Shown: piece by piece, positions 8,822 through 16,208 of the stretch
How positions within the stretch are numbered: the stretch's first letter is position 1
Layout: each line of letters begins with the position of its first letter
Assembly (NCBI GenBank): GCA_030615655.1
Contig: JAUWYU010000001.1
Span: forward strand, 1-36,910
Direction: 5' to 3'
Source of the DNA: Dehalococcoidia bacterium
GTDB lineage: Bacteria > Chloroflexota > Dehalococcoidia > Dehalococcoidales > RBG-16-60-22
DNA: 36,910 nucleotides
Notes under the pieces: model-generated
Database searches by the model: none
What the model was told of the DNA's origin: nothing
The model's input: the letters and a program-made list of their open reading frames with translations, nothing else
Program-made: the position numbers and the translations under genes

Positions 8822-10724
8822 GCGGGCTATATTCGGAGTAAAGGGTGATTTCGGCTATTGTGGTCAGCTCGGTGAACGGCTCGGTAGCGGTCGGTGACGG
8901 CAGAGTTATCATTTTCAGAAACTCACGCACGGTTATATTTGGTGTCATAACGACGCCGGTAATTTTTTCAACAGCCTCGAGTCCACTCTGGTAGGCTGAT
9001 AATACGCGACCCCTGATACCGGTAAGCTTATATATGGGTTTCGGTACCGGGGTGATGGCAGGCAATTCTATGATTTCGGGCTGGGGGGTGGTCTTTCCTT
9101 GGGGCACTCGGGTTTGGCTTCTCCTGTAAATAAACAGCCCCAGGGCTATTAAAATGGCCAGTATCAGACCGGTGCTTACCGGGTTTATGGTTAAGGCATC
9201 TCTCTTCACACTGAGTTTGGTGACCCATGGTTCCAGCGGCTCGATGTCTACCGTTATTTCCTGAACACCAATGAAAGAGAGGTCGAGCGGGGCCTCCAGA
9301 GATGTGGTGAAGCGGCCGTCGGGGGATGTCCTGACAGTAGTTGATGAGTTCTTGAGGTTAAGACTTACCGCGGCATCCGCGACAGGACCGAACTCGTGGT
9401 AAACCATGCCGGTAATCTGGATGGTTTTCGGCAGGAGAATAGTAGTTGGTGCTTGGATATCAATGTGTATAGGCAGTATGGAGATGTTGATACTGCGGGT
9501 CTCGGCGGCACCGGAGTAGCGCCCTTGTGGGGTGACGGCTATGTTAAGGTTGTGTTTACCGGGCAAAGTTTGTTCTGGTAGGGTTATCTCAAAGGTGAAC
9601 TGACCCGCCACCATTTCTTCAGCCAGTTGGGTGTCATACAGGAGCACTTTAATGGTTCGGTCAACATTGCCATTGGTAGTGAAAACCCGACCGCTAATGG
9701 CAAGGGGTAGGTCCTGGTGCGCCATTTCGGGTGTTGAAACCTCCAGGTGGGTACGGTAGAACATGGTGTTGATTGTTACCGGCGGGCTCTTGCTGGCAAG
9801 ATACATATCGGTATCATCGCCTGAGGGTCCATATACCGCGATAAGGGTCATGGTGTCAACATATCTGTAAGGTATGGTTATACTGGTAACGTAGGAGCCG
9901 TTAAATCCGGTGTTGGTGGTAGTGATGACGGGGATACTGACGTTGGCTGTTGTCGACTCACTACTCAGAGTAAGAACCAGTTTTCTCCCGCTCAGGGGTT
10001 TACCATCGCCGCTCAGTCTGCCGGAGACAGTGATGTTGTCGCCTACAAATACCGATGCCGGGTTAATGCTGAGACTGAGCTCGGTGGGAATGAACTCCAT
10101 CATTTGTACGTATCTCTCAGTGAGGCTCTGCCGGAGGTTATAGTAATCATCAATCAGCTCTCTGAGCCTTTCTAGGCTCTCTTCCAGGTGGGTATAAGCA
10201 TGTGTTATCTGACTGACCGCTGGGCTGATAAAAACACCAAGCTTGTCGCTCAGGGCATCGGTGGCTGCTTCAATATCTTCGCACAGAGAACTGCCGTCCT
10301 GGATATCTGCCTCGGCATAGTCAAGCCTTTGTTTGGCTCCTTGAATCTGGTTTTGAGCCAGCAGGGCTGACGTCTCATCAAGGAGGATTTCCAGATTATC
10401 CAGAGTGGTGAACAGTTGCTGGCAGAGATTGTTGTGTCGGTCAATGATGTACTGCAGCTCATCGGGAATATCGGTGTGTCTTAGCTCGTTGAGTACATCT
10501 TGGGCATTCTGGTACTGTTGGTTGGTTGCCAGGTTGATGGTTTTGCTGTAGGAGAGCAGCAGTGCTGGCTTATCCAGTGAGCCTGTAGCTGTAGCCGGGT
10601 TTTCGTGGGGGACATGGATGGGTTGGCCGATGGCTGACAAGCCGGGAGAAATCATTCCCAGCATGGCTATTATGAAGAGCGCGATAACCAGTCTTTTCAT
10701 AGTAAGCTGGGTGTTGACGAACAT
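8748..10724 (-). CDS. Large exported protein with a helical region, beta-sandwich repeats, one TM and a cytoplasmic DUF4129-like C-terminal domain
   Basis: The signal peptide is MKRLVIALFIIAMLGMISPGLSA. A helical region spans about aa 60-215. Repeated modules resemble VGDNITVSGRL..DGKPLSGRKLVL and TSPDGRFTTSLEAP. A TM (LILAILIALGLFIY) is followed by a C-terminal segment (TVREFL...LYSEYSP...) that resembles DUF4129. ATG 10724 abuts the upstream stop (TGAATG), and an alternative ATG lies at 10700. Confidence 0.65.
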   Translation of the reverse strand: MFVNTQLTMKRLVIALFIIAMLGMISPGLSAIGQPIHVPHENPATATGSLDKPALLLSYSKTINLATNQQYQNAQDVLNELRHTDIPDELQYIIDRHNNLCQQLFTTLDNLEILLDETSALLAQNQIQGAKQRLDYAEADIQDGSSLCEDIEAATDALSDKLGVFISPAVSQITHAYTHLEESLERLRELIDDYYNLRQSLTERYVQMMEFIPTELSLSINPASVFVGDNITVSGRLSGDGKPLSGRKLVLTLSSESTTANVSIPVITTTNTGFNGSYVTSITIPYRYVDTMTLIAVYGPSGDDTDMYLASKSPPVTINTMFYRTHLEVSTPEMAHQDLPLAISGRVFTTNGNVDRTIKVLLYDTQLAEEMVAGQFTFEITLPEQTLPGKHNLNIAVTPQGRYSGAAETRSINISILPIHIDIQAPTTILLPKTIQITGMVYHEFGPVADAAVSLNLKNSSTTVRTSPDGRFTTSLEAPLDLSFIGVQEITVDIEPLEPWVTKLSVKRDALTINPVSTGLILAILIALGLFIYRRSQTRVPQGKTTPQPEIIELPAITPVPKPIYKLTGIRGRVLSAYQSGLEAVEKITGVVMTPNITVREFLKMITLPSPTATEPFTELTTIAEITLYSEYSPREDTATRAERLATTIQEVLRRGAS

Positions 10725-10976
10725 TCATGCCAGTATCTTGAGAACCTGAAGACATAAGGCAACGGCGAAGCCTCCGAATAGCATAGTGCTGACGTAGGTT
10801 AGCCCGCGGCGGGCTTTGTTGTTGAAATATACATATAGTTCAGTAATAATCAGGGCTTCTATAACATAGATTGTATAATAAATACTCAGTGAATTCTGCC
10901 CTATGGCAATCAAGATAACGGTAGTCAGCAAAAGAGAGAGGGCAACGGTTAGAATATAGCGGTTATATAGCCTCAC
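10725..10976 (-). CDS. Small integral membrane protein (about three TM helices), family unknown
   Basis: This 83-aa hydrophobic ORF overlaps the upstream gene by 4 nt (ATGA) and directly abuts the downstream gene. Confidence 0.5.
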   Translation of the reverse strand: MRLYNRYILTVALSLLLTTVILIAIGQNSLSIYYTIYVIEALIITELYVYFNNKARRGLTYVSTMLFGGFAVALCLQVLKILA

Positions 10977-11713
10977 CCGATTACCTCAAGCTCAACGCAG
11001 TATTTTCCGTCAATCTGCTCCTCTTGACTGATGGTAATGGGCTTATTCCAGGCTTCGGCGGCTATAGAGGCGACCACTGTAGACAGGGGGCTTCCCAGAC
11101 ACCGGTGGGACCAGGAAGTACCGTTTTCAAGACGCGGCTTGTTTATTTCTACCCTGATGTGGTTATTATGGCAGACAACTCTTGTCCCATCAGCTACCCC
11201 GAGCCTTCCGGCGAACAGCGAGGTCAGTGCCGATTCAAGCTCGGCTGGGGTGGCACCCGGTTTTGAATCCAGCATGCCGGTGGCGGTACTCCCGATGGTG
11301 GATATTAGCAGGCCAATATCTTCCGGACTGGTTCCATATCGGGCAATAAGGCGCTGGGGCAGGGCTTTGGTTATTTCGGGGCGGGACCCGTTGGAGTGTA
11401 AGGGTATGAATGCCTGGGGGCGATTACGAGCCAGCGAAGAGGGAAGATAGATAGCCTTGGATTGAATACCGAGTTCTTCTATCAGGGTGGCTATATTCTT
11501 GATGCCGGTTTCCAGCAGGAGACTGCAGACCTCGGGCGGTAGCTTGGGGACAGCCTTCCCTAGGGCTACGAGGATAAATGACATGATAAGCATGCAAATA
11601 CCCAGTGCCGTTAGCCAGACTATATGAAATAGAAAGTAAGCTGGCAAACTTATCAGACCGCCAACAATCAGAAGACCAAGTCCGGCCCATATATACGGAT
11701 TTCTGTTTATCAA
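10973..11713 (-). CDS. Membrane protein with two N-terminal TM helices and a ~180-aa soluble domain, family unknown
   Basis: The 246-aa ORF has a TTG start preceded by a G-rich RBS. The N-terminus is strongly hydrophobic. It is the first gene after a near-consensus promoter. Confidence 0.6.
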   Translation of the reverse strand: MINRNPYIWAGLGLLIVGGLISLPAYFLFHIVWLTALGICMLIMSFILVALGKAVPKLPPEVCSLLLETGIKNIATLIEELGIQSKAIYLPSSLARNRPQAFIPLHSNGSRPEITKALPQRLIARYGTSPEDIGLLISTIGSTATGMLDSKPGATPAELESALTSLFAGRLGVADGTRVVCHNNHIRVEINKPRLENGTSWSHRCLGSPLSTVVASIAAEAWNKPITISQEEQIDGKYCVELEVIG

Positions 11714-11752
11714 GCGGGGTTCCCCCCTATCCCCAATGTGCTGATTGGCATT

Positions 11753-11781
11753 ATTCTAACACTATCGGAGACATTTGTCAA
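11753..11781 (-). promoter_or_regulatory. Sigma70-like promoter for the MoxR-cluster operon
   Basis: Read on the minus strand: TTGACA (11781..11776), a 17-nt spacer, then TAGAAT (11758..11753). It lies about 40 nt upstream of the TTG start at 11713. Confidence 0.45.
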
Positions 11782-11941
11782 GTTCGCTGTATGCCAATCT
11801 CAACGGGTATTTCATAAAAACTGCAGTACATGAGGTGGCAGAATGTCAAGGCGCAAGGAAATTTTGGTCAAGATTTTAGTTGGGGGGTAACTTAATCTGC
11901 GTTTGCTGTTGGCTGGGACTGCCTGCCTCTTGGCTTTATTA

Positions 11942-13930
11942 TTAGCCTCGGCGGCGGATGACCAGCAGCCAGACGACTACGGCGATGATTATGACCACGA
12001 CGATACCGCCGATGAGCCACCAGTTGGTTTCTGCTTCTGGCTCGGGCTCTAACGGCTCAACTGGCTCAGGCTCAACCGGTTCAACTGGCTCGGGCTCTAC
12101 CGGCTCAACCGGTTCAGGTTCAACCGGCTCAACCGGCTCAGGTTCAACCGGCTCAACCGGCTCGGGTTCTACTGGTTCAGGCTCTACCGGTTCAGGCGCC
12201 TTGACTGTGACTACGCCGGATGCTTCGTCAATGCTGATTGTATAAGTTCCGGCAATATTTAGAGTTGTTGAGAAGGTTACTGTCTGGCTTTCGCGACCAG
12301 CTATGGTTACACTCTCAGTAGCTGTTACCGAATCATCTATCATGAGAACCACATCATATGTACCGGAGAGGCCACCAGTATTGGAAATTGTGGCACTGAT
12401 GCTTATTTCCTCACCGGGGTCGACCTCTGCCGGGGAGATAGTTAAGTCGCTGACAGCGAAGGAAGCCGGGCTGGTATATTCAAGGATAGTGAAGGGGGTG
12501 AAGTGATATATAGTTGTGGTAATTGTACCGTTTACCAGGTCTATTTGGAATGGGCCTGAGAGATCAACCCAAGCAGTACCGTCATGATAGGAAATGACCA
12601 ATGCTCCATCTCCCACCGTATCAGGATCAAAGTGCAGTGTGAGAGCTATTCCATCAGGGAACTGCGCGCCGTCGGGTCCGAGGTCATAGGGCAGAGCGAT
12701 GCGGTTAGAGTCTGCAGGCAGTTCCGGTGGGTCCTCCATCTCAGTTATCGTTATTTCGTCAATAGGCACGCCCTCTTCGGTCACGGGGCGTCTGTCATCT
12801 GTTGTGATGTCTAACTCGACATTGCCATCTCCAGATGTGATGTTAACATCAGTGTTAAATTTACCAGTCTCCGGATCGATATTTTCGGATATATCAACAA
12901 CTACTTCCGTGACCTCTACTACTTCCTCCTCCTCCTCTTCTTCTGCTACTCCTGATGCGAATCCTGCTGTATCCATGGTCGAGAGCGTGAACGAGTTACT
13001 GGTCTTGGTAAAGGTTGTACCGCCACCAGGGCTCCGGGGGCTGGTAACGAGTTCGGTATCAATCCTGTAGTTGCCTGCAAGCCAGTCTGAAGGTGACGTC
13101 CAGGTTATAGTATAGGTAATTGACGTAGTACCTGTACCAGTTTGGTAACCATATCCACCGACCACCGGGGCAAAGGTATACCCGGTACTTTCCCATAAAA
13201 CGTAAACGTAACCAGCACCGGAAGTGGCATATCCCCAATGGGAATCAGCACTAGCTGATACGGTTGCCGTGCCGCTGCCGGTGCCTTCGGACGGATTATG
13301 CGTGCTTGTGCTGCTATCACCCAGAGGTAAATCCGCCAGTGTCGCTTTGTAGGTAGTCGGATCGTCTACATTATAAATAATGACATTAACCTGCTGTATC
13401 GGCAGGAGTTCCGTATCCTCAATACTTACCTTTACGTAAAATGTATAAGTATAGCCCAGGGTTCCTGATTGAGGCTGGTTAGGGTATTCGATTAGTAGTG
13501 CCTGGGTCGGTGAGGCGAACCAAAGCGAAGCGGCCACCGCTATGACTAAAAACACCGGTAGCGCCAGCCGGTATAAGCCTTTGAGAGGCAATGATACTTT
13601 CGGTATGGATATTATTCTTTTAGCCGTAGCCACGGCTTCCTTTCGGCTCTTTTCAGCGCGCAGCCGCTCTCGTAGCTTGTGGTCCTTCAAAATTTCGGCT
13701 ATATCTGGGGGTATTATCCCGGCTAGGGTAAGCAGATCGTCCTGGTCGGTATTCAGGACTTCAGCCAGTTGCCGTATGACCTTTTCACTGGGGGGTGGCA
13801 GGGTACCGCTTTCAATCTTGCTGAGGTAGGTGAAGTTGACATTGACTTTCTCGCCAAGCTCCCTCAGGGTCAGGCCGGCGTTTGTTCTGAGTTCTCTAAG
13901 TTTGGTTCCGAATTTTTGGCTGTCAGTCAT
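11942..13930 (-). CDS. Membrane-tethered XRE-family HTH protein with a large surface-protein-like ectodomain, a Pro/Glu repeat stalk and a C-terminal TM anchor
   Basis: The N-terminus has an XRE-type HTH (LRELRTNAGLTLRELGEKVNVNFTYLSKIESG). A TM or signal-anchor follows (LALPVFLVIAVAASLWFASPTQA). The ectodomain is Thr/Gly/Tyr-rich and beta-rich, with a poly-Glu run. A module ...YDLGPDGAQFPDGIALTLHFDP...YHFTPFTIL resembles archaeal/bacterial surface-protein domains. A CARDB-like segment (ISISATISNTGGLSGTYDVVLMIDD) follows, then (PEPVE)n and the C-terminal WWLIGGIVVVIIIAVVVWLLVIRRRG. Confidence 0.85.
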   Translation of the reverse strand: MTDSQKFGTKLRELRTNAGLTLRELGEKVNVNFTYLSKIESGTLPPPSEKVIRQLAEVLNTDQDDLLTLAGIIPPDIAEILKDHKLRERLRAEKSRKEAVATAKRIISIPKVSLPLKGLYRLALPVFLVIAVAASLWFASPTQALLIEYPNQPQSGTLGYTYTFYVKVSIEDTELLPIQQVNVIIYNVDDPTTYKATLADLPLGDSSTSTHNPSEGTGSGTATVSASADSHWGYATSGAGYVYVLWESTGYTFAPVVGGYGYQTGTGTTSITYTITWTSPSDWLAGNYRIDTELVTSPRSPGGGTTFTKTSNSFTLSTMDTAGFASGVAEEEEEEEVVEVTEVVVDISENIDPETGKFNTDVNITSGDGNVELDITTDDRRPVTEEGVPIDEITITEMEDPPELPADSNRIALPYDLGPDGAQFPDGIALTLHFDPDTVGDGALVISYHDGTAWVDLSGPFQIDLVNGTITTTIYHFTPFTILEYTSPASFAVSDLTISPAEVDPGEEISISATISNTGGLSGTYDVVLMIDDSVTATESVTIAGRESQTVTFSTTLNIAGTYTISIDEASGVVTVKAPEPVEPEPVEPEPVEPVEPEPVEPVEPEPVEPVEPEPVEPVEPEPVEPLEPEPEAETNWWLIGGIVVVIIIAVVVWLLVIRRRG
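12036..12197 (-). repeat. In-frame tandem repeat encoding (PEPVE/PVEPVEPE)n, with an approximately 24-nt period
   Basis: On the plus strand, ggctcaaccggctcaggttcaacc-like units repeat, with near-identical copies around 12100-12165. The repeat encodes about 54 aa of Pro-Glu-Val low complexity just before the C-terminal TM. Confidence 0.9.
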
Positions 13931-13965
13931 TTCAAGCCTTCAAGAGTTTCATACGTACAAGATAT

Positions 13966-13994
13966 ATTATAAAGTATGTTGAGTAAAAAGTCAA
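13966..13994 (-). promoter_or_regulatory. Near-consensus sigma70-like promoter for the HTH surface-protein gene
   Basis: Read on the minus strand: TTGACT (13994..13989), a 17-nt spacer, then TATAAT (13971..13966). A GAAGG RBS lies about 6 nt before ATG 13930. Confidence 0.5.
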
Positions 13995-14009
13995 GTCTTT
14001 TTGACCAAA

Positions 14010-14030
14010 AATATGCCTTATTGGCATATT
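14010..14030. promoter_or_regulatory. Perfect 8-bp inverted repeat AATATGCC-N5-GGCATATT, a candidate operator
   Basis: The palindrome was read directly from the sequence. It sits about 16 bp upstream of the -35 element of the HTH-gene promoter, inside an AT-rich divergent intergenic region (13931-14230). Confidence 0.35.
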
Positions 14031-14230
14031 ATTATTAATTATTGGGTTGCTAACAGGCAATTTAGTGGGAAAAATGTGATTTTTGTCATGTGCGCTTATT
14101 ATTAAAATGAACGATGGATTTCAGTCAATACCTTATTTATTGGGCTGGGTCTAATTTTCATACTTAAAATTTAGATAGATGCGATATAATGTCTTGGGTT
14201 GTCACCTCAAGTATGGTAAAATTTAGAGGT

Positions 14231-14680
14231 ATGGTTATTAAGACGGTAGCGACTAATCGCAAGGCTTTTCATAACTATCATATAGGAGATAGTATCGAGG
14301 CCGGTATTGCCCTTACCGGCTCGGAGATAAAGTCAGTGCGGGGTGGTCGGGTGAGCCTGGGCGATGCCTATGTCAGGCCTGAAGGCAGGGAGCTGTGGCT
14401 GTTGAATGCTCACATTGCTCGCTATGAGGCGAGCAGCTATTTGAGCCATGAGCCGACACGACCCCGGAAGCTCCTGCTGCATCGTAAAGAGATTGATAGC
14501 CTTACCAGCAAGGTGTCGGAAAAAGGGCTGACGCTGCTGCCGACCAGGTTATATATTAAGGGCAGTATTGCCAAGGTGGAGGTAGCGCTGGCTAAAGGCA
14601 AAAAGCTTCATGATAAGCGTGAGTCTATCAGCCGTCGTGAGGTAGAAAGAGAGCTCGCCAGAGCGACAAAAAGCCGCTAG
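14231..14680 (+). CDS. smpB: SsrA-binding protein SmpB
   Basis: KTVATNRKAFHNYHI...GSEIKSVR...LLLHRKEI...LYIKGSIAKVEVALAKGKKLHDKR is canonical SmpB. I prefer ATG 14231 (AGAGG RBS 4 nt upstream) to the listed ATG 14189. The latter sits inside a perfect TATAAT (14185..14190) that is probably the -10 box. Confidence 0.9.
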   Translation: MVIKTVATNRKAFHNYHIGDSIEAGIALTGSEIKSVRGGRVSLGDAYVRPEGRELWLLNAHIARYEASSYLSHEPTRPRKLLLHRKEIDSLTSKVSEKGLTLLPTRLYIKGSIAKVEVALAKGKKLHDKRESISRREVERELARATKSR

Positions 14681-14720
14681 AATAACAAAAGAGGAGGTTA
14701 AAAAGCTGTTCTCGGCCAAT

Positions 14721-15071
14721 GGGGACGCGCGGGTTCGACAGGGGAAGTAAGTTACAGGGTTGCAGGCTGAGGTACCACTATCTCATTAAACAGGTGGTAA
14801 AAAACTAACTGACGAACCAGTAATGGTTGCAGCCTAATTAAATAGGCTGCCGTCCAACCCGACCCCACCCCAGCGGGTTGGGATTGGATGCCGAAAAGTT
14901 GGGGTGCCACCGCCCTGACGTCGATGCGGGCGGTGAAAGAAATATCGACTGGCCCAGCTCAACTCGGTCAGTTGAGGTGAGCCGGGTAAGATAAAAGAGC
15001 TGACTAAACCTGTAGTATATCCTGGACGGCTTCTTCTGGACGGGGAGTTCGACTCTCCCCCGTCTCCACCA
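14721..15071 (+). ncRNA. ssrA: tmRNA (ssrA), one-piece
   Basis: The 5' end GGGGACGCGCGGGTTCGACAGGG and the 3' end GGACGGGGAGTTCGACTCTCCCCCGTCTCCACCA form a tRNA-like acceptor and T-arm. An internal tag frame ends ...GAC GAA CCA GTA ATG GTT GCA GCC TAA (...DEPVMVAA*, stop at 14835..14837). The gene lies 40 nt downstream of smpB. Confidence 0.9.
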
Positions 15072-15082
15072 GATTATAATAC

Positions 15083-15114
15083 GGGCTCCAGAGTTAAGCT
15101 GGAGCCCGTTTTTC
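15083..15114 (+). terminator. Rho-independent terminator after ssrA
   Basis: The stem pairs GGGCTCCAG (15083..15091) with CTGGAGCCC (15099..15107) around a 7-nt loop and is followed by GTTTTT. Confidence 0.75.
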
Positions 15115-15198
15115 GTTGGGTGTGACTGTCTTGTTACGCTGTTCTCATTCAGGATATGCCGCCGCCTGGCGGTAGCGATATTATGATAAATCTGGAAT

Positions 15199-15504
15199 CT
15201 ATTTCTCAAAGGCTTTCGCCGTTTGTATTTCTTTTACCAGGTCCTCTATGGTAATAGCCGACATCGTTAGTGGCTGCAGGGTTCCCCTGGAACCTAACTG
15301 CGCCGCAACTCTGGCTATCACTGTATTACTGGGGGCTTCGAGGATATTAATGAAATCATACTCGCCCAGCAGGGCGTACTGGGTCAATATTTTAGCCCCC
15401 ATGTCCTCTACTTCCTTATTTACTTCCCAGATTCTACCGGGGTTCTGCATCATAGTCTTTCTTCCAGCGTCTGTCAGCTTCGTTAGCATAACATAGTAAG
15501 GCAT
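15199..15504 (-). CDS. GYD-domain protein
   Basis: This 101-aa ORF reads MPYYVMLTKLTD.G......NP.R.....E.....GAKI..QYALLGEYDFINILEAP, matching the GYD family pattern. It has an AGAGGAG RBS. A possible promoter upstream is TTGACA (15599..15594), 16 nt, then TATAGC (15577..15572). Confidence 0.8.
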   Translation of the reverse strand: MPYYVMLTKLTDAGRKTMMQNPGRIWEVNKEVEDMGAKILTQYALLGEYDFINILEAPSNTVIARVAAQLGSRGTLQPLTMSAITIEDLVKEIQTAKAFEK

Positions 15505-15662
15505 ATCAGTCTCCTCTAATAAAGTTTTCGCGGTAATTCCCGTGATTACCTCTGCCAGTTGATTGTTCTATGCTATATCACGACTGGCGGGATTGTCAAT
15601 ATTGGTGTTGCTGACTGTTCCGCAGGACATAGACTATCTGTTGTATTATATCACGCAATATG

Positions 15663-16208
15663 TCAGCGGCTCGTTTTAATGGCTACCGGGATTCCGGCCA
15701 CCAGCAGGTAAACTTCATCAACGTGACGTGCCAGCATCTGGTTGGCCTTACCCAGTAAATCGCGGTAAAGCCTGCTCACTCCATCGGCCGGTACCAGGCC
15801 CAGGCCGACATCGTTGGTGACGATAATGAAGCTGGCGGGAACCCGCTCCATACACTCAATCAGTTCCTCGATCTCGGCCATAACCTCTTTCTCCGCGAGG
15901 GTGGCATCGGTTTTCTCATCGTATTGCCGGAAGATATTGTTAATCAGCAGGGTGATGCAGTCGATAATCACCGTTTGCGCGGCGCCGATATTCTGGACGA
16001 TCTGGTTGCCGATGTGGGTCGTAGCCTCAAGGGTTGCCCAGGTAGAGGGTCGGGCCTTGCGGTGCGCCTCGATGCGCAGTCTCATCTCCTCGTCACCGGC
16101 CTCAGCCGTAGCCATAAAGAGTACGGGTACGCCTGATTTCAGCGCCAGTTCCTGGGCGTAATGGCTCTTACCGCTGCGGGCACCGCCGATAATGAGAGCG
16201 TTTTTCAA
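15663..16208 (-). CDS. cobU: Adenosylcobinamide kinase / adenosylcobinamide-phosphate guanylyltransferase
   Basis: It has the P-loop GGARSGKS, is about 181 aa, matches the CobU/CobP-like sequence, and overlaps cobQ by 4 nt. Confidence 0.9.
   Translation of the reverse strand: MKNALIIGGARSGKSHYAQELALKSGVPVLFMATAEAGDEEMRLRIEAHRKARPSTWATLEATTHIGNQIVQNIGAAQTVIIDCITLLINNIFRQYDEKTDATLAEKEVMAEIEELIECMERVPASFIIVTNDVGLGLVPADGVSRLYRDLLGKANQMLARHVDEVYLLVAGIPVAIKTSR

Noticed and set aside
12036-12197. CRISPR-like or minisatellite non-coding array
   Set aside because: The repeats are contiguous with no spacers, have a period divisible by 3, and sit in frame inside a long ORF, where they encode a Pro-Glu-Val stalk.
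14189-14230. Upstream ATG start for smpB
   Set aside because: ATG 14189 sits inside a perfect TATAAT (14185-14190) and lacks an RBS. The extra residues (MSWVVTSSMVKFRG) are not SmpB-like. ATG 14231 has an AGAGG RBS.
14838-15209. Listed 123-aa minus-strand ORF
   Set aside because: It lies antisense across the 3' two-thirds of the tmRNA gene and its terminator. It has no RBS and an Arg/Pro-rich composition typical of a spurious frame.
15072-15700. Genomic island integrated at the tmRNA 3' end
   Set aside because: No integrase or recombinase follows ssrA, and I saw no direct repeat of the tmRNA 3' end downstream. ssrA is followed by a normal terminator and then by housekeeping-type genes (GYD, cob) on the opposite strand.
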